Shown here: piece by piece, positions 18,590-29,040 of the stretch
Numbering within the stretch: the first letter of the stretch is position 1
Layout of the letters: every line of letters starts with the position of its first letter
Assembly (NCBI GenBank): GCA_947625085.1
Contig: CANQMV010000001.1
Coordinates: forward strand, 3,722-67,721
DNA length: 64,000 bases
Direction: 5' to 3'
Origin: an uncultured Bacilli bacterium
Lineage (GTDB): Bacteria > Bacillota_I > Bacilli_A > RF39 > UBA660
Program-made: the position numbers and the translations under genes
The notes under the pieces: generated by a model
What the model was told of the DNA's origin: nothing
Seen by the model: the letters and a program-made list of their open reading frames with translations, nothing else
Databases searched by the model: none

Positions 18590-21151
18590 ATGAATATTAG
18601 GTTGAATAGTAAAAAAAAGGTGATAAATAATAACATGCTTGGAGAAAACATATACTCTCCAGAAAGTAATGAAGTTACAATTTTAGCTATAAAACGTTTA
18701 TTTTTAAAACATAATCTAGAAATGCCTGCAACTTTAAATTATTTTTTTATCGATTTACCAAGTAATTTTATTGAAACGTTATTTTATATGACAGATAAAG
18801 ATTTCAATAAATATATTAAATTTCTTGAAATTTTATTTAAAAGACATCCTGAGGTGATAAAAAATTATGATAGAATTATCGAGATTAGTAAAATATTAAT
18901 TAATAATTTAAAATCAGATAATTTTAAAATCTTAAAAAATATATTAACTGAAACGGATATTATTAACAATCTAGATATAGTTGAATTTGTTAATGCTTTC
19001 TTTAGAATTAATGATAAAACTAAATTAAAAGCTATTGAAAAAATAATATTATCATGGAAATCATTAGTTTTAAAACTTAATATAGTCAGAGTTATAGGTT
19101 TAGTTAATGCTGTAACTAATAAAAATCAACTTGAAAATTTAACTCAAATTCTTTCTGACTACGAAATATTATCATCAAAAAGAGCTGAAACTTTTGTTGA
19201 GTATATTATGAGAAATCCTAAAAATAAAAATTTAGGAGTTTATATTGAAGCACTTAAAATTAAAAATTTAAGACAATCTCCAGATTGTATGCAATTACTT
19301 GAACGTTATGTTTTAAATGAAAATAAAAATGTACCAAGATTATTAGTAAAATTTACACCTCATGGCTATAATACTGAAGTAAGATTTGATGAAATATTAT
19401 TTATTTTAGAAAATAAAACTATGTTAAATTCTATTTATTTAAAAGAAGTATTAGATTTTGTTAAAACTTGTCAGCCTTCTTATTATAAATATTTAAATGA
19501 ACTTATTAGTTATAAAGAGGAAATTTCAGAACCTGTATTTTTGGAATTTTTCCGAGCAATCAAAAATATTAAAAATAAATATAAATTTAAATATATTTTC
19601 CAATTTTTACATATAGTAAGTTATTACAAGATAAATAGTATTATTGATATTAGATTAGCATTAAACAATATCTTAAAAACTAAAGATGAATTTCAAACTA
19701 AAAATTATCTAAGTTTTTTAGAAGAAGCAACTAAAACAAATAAAAATCTAAGCTTATATAATCTTGGGGATATGGTTTTAACTAATGGTATATTAAATTC
19801 CAAAGCTGATAATCAAGCCGAAACCTTAGCCTATGTAAGTAGAATTATAAAAAATTCAAAATATTGTTCACAAATTAAAGATACAATTTTAAGAAGCACT
19901 CAAATAGTTAATAAATACATATTACTTTTCTTAAGAATACCAAATATTTTAGAACATCCTGATTTCTTAAAAATATTAGAACAATTTACTTTAGTTAAAA
20001 CCGAAACTCAATTAAAAATTCTTGTAAAATTAGCAAGAAATCAAGAGTTATTACATCAAAGTAATTGTTTAAAAGTATTTGAAAAAGTAAAAAGATGTAT
20101 TAATAAAGCTCAAGAAGATACAATTTTAGATGATTTATTAGATAGCCATACAACTTTTTCTAAAGTTTTATATACAAATTATTCTAATACATTAGGTCTT
20201 GAAAAAATACTTGATTATATTTTAAGTGTAACTTCTAAGACTCGTCTTAAATATATTGTAAAATCAGTTAAATTTCCAAAACTTTTTGAAACTTTAAAAA
20301 TTGATTACTTATTAAATTCCTATATTTATACAAAAGATTGTCTTAATTTAGATTTTAAATTACAAGAAATAACTACATTTGTTAGCAATAATATAAAATA
20401 TAAAGATTTTGATTTAGCTTCACCTTTATTTAAAAAAGTAATAACTGGAATTGACTTAGCTGAACATAAATATCAAGTTAGAACTATTATTGAAAATGCA
20501 AGATATTTAAAAAATGGCAAAGACAATATGATTATTAATGCTATTTTATACTCTAATAATCGTTTAATGTGTAAGAATTTAATATACTTTTTAATTAATT
20601 ATAATATTATGGATATGGATAATCAAAAATTTAAATCTATATTAATAAAATTTTCAAAAGTTCAAAATGAAGAACAATTAGCTTGCATGCTTGATTTATT
20701 TAGAGATGAAAATATTTTAAATTCAGAATATATTACTAATTATCTTGATTTTATATTAAGATGTAAAAATAAAGTTCAACTTGCAGCAATTTTAGAAATT
20801 GCTAAGGAATCTCCTAACCTTAATTCTTCATATTTAATTGAAATAATGGAAAAAATTGTCCTACAAACTAATCCAGCTTTAATAAAAGCATTAGTAGTTG
20901 TTATTCTTAAATCTAAAGAACTTGGAGAAATTCCTAGTGTTATTTTAACTGGGGCATTATATCCTAATTGCAAAAGAAAAGTTTTAAAAGATTACGTAAG
21001 TGATGAAGAAAAACTTAATGCTTTAAGATATGTAAGAAGAGAAATTGGTAAAGTAAACCAAACTAGTGCTCAAGAAATTAATCAAATAATAAAAACCGAA
21101 GTAAAAAGACCATTAGTATATACTAAAAAACCAGTTAATAATAAAAAATAA
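18590..21151 (+). CDS. large hypothetical alpha-helical repeat protein (854 aa)
   Basis: Long ORF with a strong RBS and its own promoter. No catalytic motifs. Leucine-rich helical repeats. Confidence 0.65.
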   Translation: MNIRLNSKKKVINNNMLGENIYSPESNEVTILAIKRLFLKHNLEMPATLNYFFIDLPSNFIETLFYMTDKDFNKYIKFLEILFKRHPEVIKNYDRIIEISKILINNLKSDNFKILKNILTETDIINNLDIVEFVNAFFRINDKTKLKAIEKIILSWKSLVLKLNIVRVIGLVNAVTNKNQLENLTQILSDYEILSSKRAETFVEYIMRNPKNKNLGVYIEALKIKNLRQSPDCMQLLERYVLNENKNVPRLLVKFTPHGYNTEVRFDEILFILENKTMLNSIYLKEVLDFVKTCQPSYYKYLNELISYKEEISEPVFLEFFRAIKNIKNKYKFKYIFQFLHIVSYYKINSIIDIRLALNNILKTKDEFQTKNYLSFLEEATKTNKNLSLYNLGDMVLTNGILNSKADNQAETLAYVSRIIKNSKYCSQIKDTILRSTQIVNKYILLFLRIPNILEHPDFLKILEQFTLVKTETQLKILVKLARNQELLHQSNCLKVFEKVKRCINKAQEDTILDDLLDSHTTFSKVLYTNYSNTLGLEKILDYILSVTSKTRLKYIVKSVKFPKLFETLKIDYLLNSYIYTKDCLNLDFKLQEITTFVSNNIKYKDFDLASPLFKKVITGIDLAEHKYQVRTIIENARYLKNGKDNMIINAILYSNNRLMCKNLIYFLINYNIMDMDNQKFKSILIKFSKVQNEEQLACMLDLFRDENILNSEYITNYLDFILRCKNKVQLAAILEIAKESPNLNSSYLIEIMEKIVLQTNPALIKALVVVILKSKELGEIPSVILTGALYPNCKRKVLKDYVSDEEKLNALRYVRREIGKVNQTSAQEINQIIKTEVKRPLVYTKKPVNNKK

Positions 21152-21168
21152 TCAAAAATTAAAATGTC

Positions 21169-21209
21169 AAGAAGATAAATTTCAAATGTAAAATTTATCT
21201 TCTTTTTTG
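21169..21209 (+). terminator. rho-independent terminator (14-bp perfect stem plus T-run)
   Basis: AAGAAGATAAATTT-caaatgta-AAATTTATCTTCTT followed by TTTT. Confidence 0.6.
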
Positions 21210-21315
21210 TCTAATAATAGTTAAAAAAATTCTTTTGACGTTAAGTAAAAAATAAGAATTTAAATTTATTCTTGTCTTGGCATATAATATGATATAATGA
21301 GTTTAGGGTGATAAC

Positions 21316-22410
21316 GTGAGAGTAATTATAAGTGCTGGGGGAACAGGTGGACATATTTATCCAGCTTTAAGTATTATAAGAAAAATACAAGAAAATGATA
21401 AAAACGCGGAATTTTTATATATCGGAACAACCGACCGAATGGAACACGAAATAATTCCTAAAGAAAATATACCATATTTAGGAATTGAAATGAGTGGATT
21501 AAGTAAAAATGTCTCTAAAAGTTTAAAAAGTATTAAATGTTTATTAAAATCAGTTAGCCTTTTGAAAAAAGAAATAAAGAAATTTAATCCCGATATTGTT
21601 ATTGGAGTAGGTGGATATGTTACCTTCCCAGTTATTTATACGGCTAAAAAATTAGGATATAAAACTCTTATTCATGAACAAAACTCTATTCCTGGTAAAT
21701 CAAATAAACTATTAGCTAAATATGCTGATAAAATCGCGGTAAGTTTGCCTGGAAGTGTTAAATATTTTAATAGTAATAAAGTAGTAGTAACCGGAAATCC
21801 TAGAAGTAGCGAAGTTGTTTTAGCAACGCCTCTTAAAAAAAGCGAACTGGGATTTACTAAAGATAAAAAACTAGTTTTAATTGTTATGGGTTCTCTTGGG
21901 TCAATGACTATAAATAAAGAATTAGAAAAGATTATAGAAAAATTTCAAGGAAAAGAATATGAAGTTTTAATTGTAACAGGTAAGAATTATTATGATGACT
22001 TTAAAAAAATTAAAGTTAAAAACGTAAAAGTAGTTCCTTTTTTAAATAATATGTTGAATGTTTTAAAAATATGTGATTTAATAGTAACTCGTGCAGGAGC
22101 CTCGACAATATCTGAGATAACTGCGATTGGGTTACCTAGTATATTAGTTCCAAGTCCATATGTTGCGAATAATCATCAGTTTTATAATGCAATGGAACTA
22201 GTTAATAATAAGGCAAGTTTATTACTAGAAGAAAAAGACTTTAATGCTAATAATTTATTAGAAAAGATAGATTTAGTCTTAAATTCAAAACAATTACAAC
22301 AAGAAATGCATATTAATTCTTTAAAATTAGGTAATCAAAATAGTACTAATCTGATTTATCAGTTAATTTTAGAATTGGTAGGTAATTTATATGGAAAAGA
22401 TAATAAATGA
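21316..22410 (+). CDS. murG: undecaprenyldiphospho-muramoylpentapeptide beta-N-acetylglucosaminyltransferase
   Basis: GGTGGHIYPAL N-terminal motif, GTB fold. GTG start with RBS GGGTGAT. Confidence 0.95.
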   Translation: MRVIISAGGTGGHIYPALSIIRKIQENDKNAEFLYIGTTDRMEHEIIPKENIPYLGIEMSGLSKNVSKSLKSIKCLLKSVSLLKKEIKKFNPDIVIGVGGYVTFPVIYTAKKLGYKTLIHEQNSIPGKSNKLLAKYADKIAVSLPGSVKYFNSNKVVVTGNPRSSEVVLATPLKKSELGFTKDKKLVLIVMGSLGSMTINKELEKIIEKFQGKEYEVLIVTGKNYYDDFKKIKVKNVKVVPFLNNMLNVLKICDLIVTRAGASTISEITAIGLPSILVPSPYVANNHQFYNAMELVNNKASLLLEEKDFNANNLLEKIDLVLNSKQLQQEMHINSLKLGNQNSTNLIYQLILELVGNLYGKDNK

Positions 22411-23299
22411 AATAATGACTAAAAAGATTGGTGATGTTGAAGTTAATGCTAAATTATCTAAATATACAACTTATAAAGTTGGAGGGGTAGCTAAAATTAT
22501 AGTTCATCCTAAAAATTTAGATAAATTAGTTGAACTTATGGAAATTATCAATCGCGAAAATGTTAAATATTTTATTTTAGGTAATGGTAGTAATGTATTA
22601 TTTAGTGATAAAGAATATGAGGGTATTATCATTAAATTAGATAATTTTTCTGATATGGAAATAAATGATAATTTAGTTAGAGTTGGAGCAGGATATAGTT
22701 TAGTAAAACTTGCAAATGAGGTTTCTAAACTTGGACTTGGAGGCTTAGAATTTGCATCAGGAATTCCTGGTAGTATTGGTGGAGCAGTTTTTATGAATGC
22801 TGGTGCCTATAATGCTGATATGAAAAGTGTTGTTAAAAGTGTTAAAGTTTTAACTCCAGATTTAAAAGTAATAACCTTAACTAACTCAGAAATGGATTTT
22901 AAATATCGGGAAAGTTTTATTCAAGATAACCGTGGCTATATCTGCTTAGAAGTTATTTTAAAACTAAAACATGGTGATAAAGAAGCTTTACAAGAAGTTA
23001 TAAAAGATAGAAAATTAAAAAGAAAAAAGACTCAACCTTTAGAATATCCAAGTGCCGGTTCAGTTTTTAGAAATCCTGATGGATTATTTGCTGGTAAATT
23101 GATAGAAGATTTAAATTTAAAAGGCTATCAAATAGGGGGAGCTAAGATAAGTGAAAAACATGCTAACTTTATTATTAATACTGGTAATGCTAAGGCTTCA
23201 GATATAAAAGAAATTATTGATGTTATTAAAGAAAAAGTAAAAGATAAATATAATATTAATTTACGGGTTGAACAAAGATTAGTTAATTGGGATGATTAA
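22391..23299 (+). CDS. murB: UDP-N-acetylenolpyruvoylglucosamine reductase
   Basis: FAD-binding YTTYKVGG block and conserved GxxGG block. Overlaps the murG stop. Confidence 0.95.
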   Translation: MEKIINEIMTKKIGDVEVNAKLSKYTTYKVGGVAKIIVHPKNLDKLVELMEIINRENVKYFILGNGSNVLFSDKEYEGIIIKLDNFSDMEINDNLVRVGAGYSLVKLANEVSKLGLGGLEFASGIPGSIGGAVFMNAGAYNADMKSVVKSVKVLTPDLKVITLTNSEMDFKYRESFIQDNRGYICLEVILKLKHGDKEALQEVIKDRKLKRKKTQPLEYPSAGSVFRNPDGLFAGKLIEDLNLKGYQIGGAKISEKHANFIINTGNAKASDIKEIIDVIKEKVKDKYNINLRVEQRLVNWDD

Positions 23300-23977
23300 A
23301 TGAAAACTAAAAAGAATAAAAAGAAAAATAGAAAAATATTAGTAAAATTATTAATAATAATTATAGTAGTTTTATTAATTGTTTTATATGTTAATAAAGC
23401 TAGAGTTAAAAATATTTATGTAGTTGGAAATAATTATTTAAAAGACCAAGAAATTATTGAACTTGCTGGTCTTGAAAATTATCCTTATCTTTTTAAAATT
23501 TCAGTTAAATCAATTGAAAATAAAATAAAAATGAATGAATATATTTCATCTGTTAAAGTTACTAAAAATATTTTTGGTAAGGTTTCGATTGAAGTATTAG
23601 AATATAATATGCTTTTAAAAGGAGAAATTGATAATGTAATTTATTTATCAAATATGAAAACTCTTGCCAATGATAATAGAGTAGTTGCTCTTCCGGTTCT
23701 TATTAATTATACGCCTGATAATATTTTAAAAGAGTTTTTACAAAAATTAGATAAGATAGATAAAAACATTTTAGCAAAAATTTCCGAAATTTCTTATGAA
23801 CCTAATGAATATGATGATGATTTATTTTTATTTTGTATGAATGATGGAAATTACGTTTATATTACAACTAAAAGACTTAATAATATTAATAAATATGATG
23901 AAGTTTTAGTAGAACTTGAGGGTAAAAAAGGTATTTTGTATTTAGATAGTGGCAATCATTTTCAAGTTTTAGAATAA
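23300..23977 (+). CDS. divIB: cell-division protein DivIB/FtsQ (TM plus POTRA)
   Basis: Basic N-terminus, single TM, POTRA-like region. Synteny with murG-murB. Confidence 0.7.
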   Translation: MKTKKNKKKNRKILVKLLIIIIVVLLIVLYVNKARVKNIYVVGNNYLKDQEIIELAGLENYPYLFKISVKSIENKIKMNEYISSVKVTKNIFGKVSIEVLEYNMLLKGEIDNVIYLSNMKTLANDNRVVALPVLINYTPDNILKEFLQKLDKIDKNILAKISEISYEPNEYDDDLFLFCMNDGNYVYITTKRLNNINKYDEVLVELEGKKGILYLDSGNHFQVLE

Positions 23978-24067
23978 GTTATCTTACATAATATCTTTTT
24001 TATATTAAGAAATGTCTTAAATTCTATAAAAATAAAAATATATTATAATATGTGTGGTGATTTATCT

Positions 24068-25990
24068 ATGAATGATTTTACATTTTTAACTAATGAGCAA
24101 ATATTTGGAAAAAATTGTTTAGATATTTTTAAAAAATATGGGACAAAATGTGCAGTAACTGATTTTTCAATTTTATTAGGTGGTTTTATTTCTTCAGATT
24201 TTTATACAAAGGAAGGTAAGACTAGGAAGGATAGAAGTAGTTGGTGGTGGACAAAAACACCTGATTCTCATGGAGCAGTTTATATTGTTGATAGAGATGG
24301 GGAAAAGTTTTCTCCATCTGTTGAAATGCGAAATATTGGAGCAAGACCAGCTTTACCTTACTCTTCAATCAAAGCAATTTGTTCAAATGAATTTATAAAT
24401 GCAAAGGGGATTAAAGAAATTGAGTATGGTGAATATCCCCAGACAATTGTTGATGAAAATTATTCTCGTAATTTAGAAATGGCATATAAGAATGGAACAT
24501 TAAAAAAAACAGGTAAACAATATACAACTGATGATGAATTTAGTATATTAGCTGTTGATAATTTTAAACCAAGAACGCATATTGAGTATGAATATCGTGG
24601 AAATAAGTATATTCGTTTAATTGGCGGAAATGCCAATAAGTGTCTCCAAGTTTTGTCTGATGGGCAAATAGTTCATTTAGGAAATCCTTATTGGGTTCTA
24701 GTTGAACCAATAACTTGGTTAGTATCAGAAAACTCAAACATCGTTCTTTCTAAAAAAATATTATTTTCTGGAATCCAGTTTAAAAATAAAGGTTATTACG
24801 ATGGTGATTTTGAAAGAACAGATATAAAACAATTTTTAAATAATTACTTTTCAAAAGAAATAGTCCCTTCTAGAGTTTATCAACCAAATACTTTAGTAGA
24901 TAATAAAGAATCATTAAGAAAACAAAATCCTTATGATTTCAATTTTTCTTTCGTAAGTGAAGAAGATATAATAAAAGGAGCCATTGAAAGTAATATTGCC
25001 GTTTTTTTACATGGAAGACCAAGCGAAGGAAAATCAGCTAGAGTAAAACAATTAGACCCCGATTGTGGAATAATATATATGAGAAATGAAACTCCGGATA
25101 GTTTTAATGGAAAAAGTGTGTATAATGCTGCAACAGGAGATATGAAGGATATGCCACCAACGTGGTATTTAAAGGTAAAAGCGCGGTGTGAAGCAGAACC
25201 AAATAAAATTCATATTATCTTTTTTGATGAGCTTACAAATGCTCTTCCTTCAATTCAAGGTATGGCCTTTAATATAGTATTAGATGGAGAGGTAAATGGT
25301 AAATGGAAATTACCACCCAATGCTAGAATAGTAGCAGCAGGTAATGATTTAAATGATTCAATAGTAGCCTATCAAATGCCTGAACCATTATTTAATCGTT
25401 TCGCCCATGTTTATATTAATACAACAGTTGATAGTTGGTTAAAATGGGCAACTACTAAAAAAGAAAAAGCGGAAAGATTGGCTTATAAAGAAGAAGAACT
25501 AGAATTCAAAATTCATCCGGCAATTATTGCCTATATATCATATAAATCTTATATTGGACATGATGTTTTAAGAACTAAATATACGGGAGATAAACCTAAT
25601 GCTGACCCAAGAAAATGGGAGATGGCTAGTAAGGTACTCTATAAAACAAAACAACCAGAAATGTTAAGAGCATTGATTGGAGAAGCCTTAACTAAAGATT
25701 TTATAGCCTTTACCAAACAACAGGTAATAAGTGTAGAAGATGTAATAAAGCATAATTATTCAGCTAGAGATTTAGAAATGAATGTATCTCAAAAATTTGC
25801 AACTGCTGTAGGGTTATCATCGGTTGATTATTTAAATTTTGAAGTAGTAAGGAATTTTATGAAGCAACTTGGAGCAGAACCAAGAGCAGCCTTTGAATCA
25901 ATCTGGGCTCATGGTGATGAGAGAAGATTAGAAAAAATAGCCGAGTTAAAAATAGCTGATAGTTTATCAGAAGGAGAATTTAGAAAATGA
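24068..25990 (+). CDS. AAA+ ATPase of the MoxR/AAA_5 type with an unrecognised ~300-aa Trp-rich N-terminal domain
   Basis: Walker A GRPSEGKS, Walker B IIFFDELTNA, sensor AAGN. The N-terminal region contains SSWWWTKTP...GAVYIVDRDG...IGARPALPY with no recognised motif. GGTGAT SD sits before ATG 24068. Confidence 0.7.
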   Translation: MNDFTFLTNEQIFGKNCLDIFKKYGTKCAVTDFSILLGGFISSDFYTKEGKTRKDRSSWWWTKTPDSHGAVYIVDRDGEKFSPSVEMRNIGARPALPYSSIKAICSNEFINAKGIKEIEYGEYPQTIVDENYSRNLEMAYKNGTLKKTGKQYTTDDEFSILAVDNFKPRTHIEYEYRGNKYIRLIGGNANKCLQVLSDGQIVHLGNPYWVLVEPITWLVSENSNIVLSKKILFSGIQFKNKGYYDGDFERTDIKQFLNNYFSKEIVPSRVYQPNTLVDNKESLRKQNPYDFNFSFVSEEDIIKGAIESNIAVFLHGRPSEGKSARVKQLDPDCGIIYMRNETPDSFNGKSVYNAATGDMKDMPPTWYLKVKARCEAEPNKIHIIFFDELTNALPSIQGMAFNIVLDGEVNGKWKLPPNARIVAAGNDLNDSIVAYQMPEPLFNRFAHVYINTTVDSWLKWATTKKEKAERLAYKEEELEFKIHPAIIAYISYKSYIGHDVLRTKYTGDKPNADPRKWEMASKVLYKTKQPEMLRALIGEALTKDFIAFTKQQVISVEDVIKHNYSARDLEMNVSQKFATAVGLSSVDYLNFEVVRNFMKQLGAEPRAAFESIWAHGDERRLEKIAELKIADSLSEGEFRK

Positions 25991-26388
25991 ATAAAGAAAG
26001 ATTAAATTTATTAAAAAGTTATCTTAAAGCTGAAATATCTCCCTTATTAATTCCTGATATGCCTTCTTTCTTTTTTAATAATTCAGTGGTTCTAAAAGCT
26101 AATCTTGAAAGAAAAGAGTTAAATGGTCATTATGAAAATACCGAATTTTGTCCTCCAAATTGGTATAAAGAAATATTAGAAAAAAGTAAAACCAATTATG
26201 TTGTTTTGGTAATTGATAAACTAAATGAAATTGCAGAGGAAGACCAAACGAAATTTATTGAAATACTTAAATATAAAAAGATTAGTACATTTGAATTACC
26301 TAAAAATTGTTTGATTATTGTAACTTGTTCTGATTTTAGTAAGAATAAAATAAATGAAGAAGTGTATTCATTATTAGCACAAATTTAA
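25987..26388 (+). CDS. small hypothetical protein coupled to the ATPase (ATGA overlap)
   Basis: 133 aa. Its start overlaps the upstream stop by 4 nt. Confidence 0.55.
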   Translation: MNKERLNLLKSYLKAEISPLLIPDMPSFFFNNSVVLKANLERKELNGHYENTEFCPPNWYKEILEKSKTNYVVLVIDKLNEIAEEDQTKFIEILKYKKISTFELPKNCLIIVTCSDFSKNKINEEVYSLLAQI

Positions 26389-26397
26389 GAGGAGTTT

Positions 26398-27606
26398 ATG
26401 AATATTGAAACTATAAAAAGAAGATTATTAGTTAAGTATCCTTTCTTTGGAAGTATAGTAGCAAATTCTAATTTTGTTTCAGAACCAACAATAAAAACAG
26501 CCGCAACAGATGGGGAAACTATTTATTATAATCCAAATTTTCTTGAGGCTGTAGACTTTGACCAAAAGATATTTATATTTGCGCATGAAATATGTCATAT
26601 AGCCTTTAATCATATTTTAAGATGTGAAGATAAGGATAAAAGAATATGGAATATAGCAACCGATTCAGTTATAAATGCTTTTTTAAAACAAGATGGACTT
26701 CCTATAGTTGAAGGGGGAATTGATATTAAAGAAGCAATTAATTATGATGCCGAAGAAATGTACGAAAAACTTTTAGAAAATGAAAAAGCTAATAAATATG
26801 ATAATAATCAAGTTTCTAAAAATCAAAACGAAAATTGTGATGTTGGACATGATACCCATTCTATGTGGAATAAAAAACTTGAAAGTGAAGAAACCAAAAA
26901 ATTTACCGGGTTAGGTGAAAAAGAAGTCTTTAAACAAAATAAGATAGAAAGAAAAAAACAATTAGAAGAATTAAGAAAAGAATTAGTTAGTCAATCCCAT
27001 GGCTATGGTAGTGATATTAGTAGTGCTCTTAGAAATATAACTGATATTGGAACGGCTAATCAACTTATTGATTGGCGAAGATTGTTGAAAGAGGCAATTA
27101 AATATGATGTTGATTGGTCATATCAAAATGCTGAAATAGAAGATGGTATCGTAAGAGCCCATTTAGAAAGTATGCCAAGACCTGATACAGAAATTCTTTT
27201 AGATACAAGTGGTTCTATAGACGAAACCTTGCTTCGCAATTTTTTAAGAGAATGTAAAAATATATTACCAATTTCGAAAGTTAAGGTTGGGTGTTTTGAT
27301 ACCAAATTTTATGGTTTTACAGAAATAAATGATGTATCCGATATTGATAAATTAGTATTTCCTGGTGGTGGAGGAACAAACTTTGAGGTTCTGGTTAATG
27401 CATTTACAAAAAGAGTTGAAAATAAGATAATTTTTACAGATGGCGATGCATTGATGCCAAAAAGTCCAATAAATGCCATTTGGATAGTTTTTGGGGGCAG
27501 AAAGATTAAGCCAGTAGGAGGGAAAGTTATATATATAGATAATAACCAACTAAAAAAGTTAGATAATTATGAAATAACTAGTGAAGTAAGAGGAAAAACT
27601 AGATAA
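26398..27606 (+). CDS. DUF2201-type protein: N-terminal putative HExxH metallopeptidase domain plus C-terminal vWA-like domain (MIDAS DTSGS)
   Basis: AHEICHIAFNH (HExxH). LLDTSGSID (DxSxS MIDAS). RBS AAGAGGAG. Follows the ATPase in one operon. Confidence 0.7.
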   Translation: MNIETIKRRLLVKYPFFGSIVANSNFVSEPTIKTAATDGETIYYNPNFLEAVDFDQKIFIFAHEICHIAFNHILRCEDKDKRIWNIATDSVINAFLKQDGLPIVEGGIDIKEAINYDAEEMYEKLLENEKANKYDNNQVSKNQNENCDVGHDTHSMWNKKLESEETKKFTGLGEKEVFKQNKIERKKQLEELRKELVSQSHGYGSDISSALRNITDIGTANQLIDWRRLLKEAIKYDVDWSYQNAEIEDGIVRAHLESMPRPDTEILLDTSGSIDETLLRNFLRECKNILPISKVKVGCFDTKFYGFTEINDVSDIDKLVFPGGGGTNFEVLVNAFTKRVENKIIFTDGDALMPKSPINAIWIVFGGRKIKPVGGKVIYIDNNQLKKLDNYEITSEVRGKTR

Positions 27607-27611
27607 TTAAG

Positions 27612-27640
27612 ATTTAGAATAAAAAGTTCTAAATTTTTTT
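27612..27640 (+). terminator. rho-independent terminator closing the three-gene operon
   Basis: ATTTAGAA-taaaaag-TTCTAAAT followed by TTTTTTT. Confidence 0.6.
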
Positions 27641-27766
27641 ATAGAATAAGAAAACACCTTTCAAAATTCATATAAGAAACTCTAGTTGATAAATTCATAT
27701 TTTATTATCATAACTTTATAGACTTTTTATTAAAAAATTGATAAAATGCTATTAATGGGAGGCTAT

Positions 27767-28471
27767 ATGTATGATATTAGTTTAGATAATTTTCAAGGCC
27801 CAATGGATTTACTTTTACATTTAATTAAACAAAAGAAAATGAATATTTTAGATATTAAACTAGAAATTATTATTGATGAATATTTAAATTATATAAAACA
27901 CTTAGATGAGATGAATTTAAATATTGCCAGTAGTTATTTAGTTATGGCTTCTGAATTAATCGAGATAAAATCAAGAATGTTACTTCCAAGTTCAAATGAG
28001 GATTCTGAAGTAGAAGACTTAAAAGAAAATTTAGTTAATCGCTTAATAGAATATGAAAAATATAAAAATATTGTTCCTGTTTTTCAAGAATTAGAAACCG
28101 AAAGAAATAATTACAAAACCAAAAGTCCTAGTAATATTTTAGAATATAAAAAAGATGAAAAAATAACTAGTGAATTAAATGTTGATGATTTATTAACAGC
28201 TTATAAAAAGTTTTTAGAAAGATGTGAAGACGAAAAACCAATTAAAACTAAGATTACCAAGAAAGAAATTTCCATTGAAGGTGAAATGAAAAGAATTAAA
28301 GCCAAATTTCAAAATCAGAAAAAAATTAATTTTGTTGATTTATTTTTAAATAATGAAAAGAAATATGTAATTGCAACTTTTTTAGCTATTTTAGAAATGT
28401 CTTTTAAAAAAGAGATAAAAATTATTCAAGAAAATAATTTTGAAAATATTGTCTGTGAGGTAATAGAATGA
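27767..28471 (+). CDS. scpA: segregation and condensation protein A
   Basis: MYDISLDNFQGPMDLLLHLI kleisin N-terminus. RBS GGGAGG. Confidence 0.9.
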   Translation: MYDISLDNFQGPMDLLLHLIKQKKMNILDIKLEIIIDEYLNYIKHLDEMNLNIASSYLVMASELIEIKSRMLLPSSNEDSEVEDLKENLVNRLIEYEKYKNIVPVFQELETERNNYKTKSPSNILEYKKDEKITSELNVDDLLTAYKKFLERCEDEKPIKTKITKKEISIEGEMKRIKAKFQNQKKINFVDLFLNNEKKYVIATFLAILEMSFKKEIKIIQENNFENIVCEVIE

Positions 28472-29037
28472 ATTTAAAAGGAGTTTTAGAAGGAATATTA
28501 TTTGTTGTTGGAGATGATGGAGCAACTTTAAATGAATTAACAACCATTTTAGAAATATCAGAAAGCGAAGTTAAAAATTTAATTTTAGAATTAAAAAAAG
28601 ATTATGAACAAGCTGATCGAGGTTTAAGAATTAGTATTTTAGGTGATGCTTTTAAATTAACGACGAAAAAAGAACATAAAGTTTATTATGAGAAACTTTT
28701 AGAAAATCCTTTAAATAATACCTTATCCCTACCAGCTTTAGAAACTTTAGCAATTATTGCTTATAATGAACCAATTACTAGAGTTGAAGTTGATGAAATA
28801 AGAGGAGTATCATCAGCCCCAATGATACGTAAGTTAGTTGCCAAAGGTTTATTAAAAGAAGCTGGTAAAAGTGATTTACCTGGAAGACCAATTCTTTATA
28901 AAACAACAAGTGAATTTTTAGATTATTTTAATTTAGAATCTTTAACTGATTTACCAAAAATTGATGAGGTAAGAGAAGTTATAGACGAAGTTGATTTATA
29001 TGATTCTCGTTATAAAGAAGATGTTGATATAATATAA
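28468..29037 (+). CDS. scpB: segregation and condensation protein B
   Basis: Winged-helix ScpB blocks (LEAILFV, ALETLAIIAYNEPITR). Overlaps scpA. Confidence 0.9.
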   Translation: MNLKGVLEGILFVVGDDGATLNELTTILEISESEVKNLILELKKDYEQADRGLRISILGDAFKLTTKKEHKVYYEKLLENPLNNTLSLPALETLAIIAYNEPITRVEVDEIRGVSSAPMIRKLVAKGLLKEAGKSDLPGRPILYKTTSEFLDYFNLESLTDLPKIDEVREVIDEVDLYDSRYKEDVDII

Positions 29038-29040
29038 AAA

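Noticed and set aside
20776-20973. Internal antisense ORFs inside the large genes (20776-20973, 24180-24398, 27123-27549, 46115-46441, 48387-48581, 50724-50924, 51623-51832, 59479-59679, 60313-60504)
   Set aside because: All are embedded in longer, motif-supported CDSs on the opposite strand or in another frame, and none has an RBS. They are AT-rich frame artefacts.
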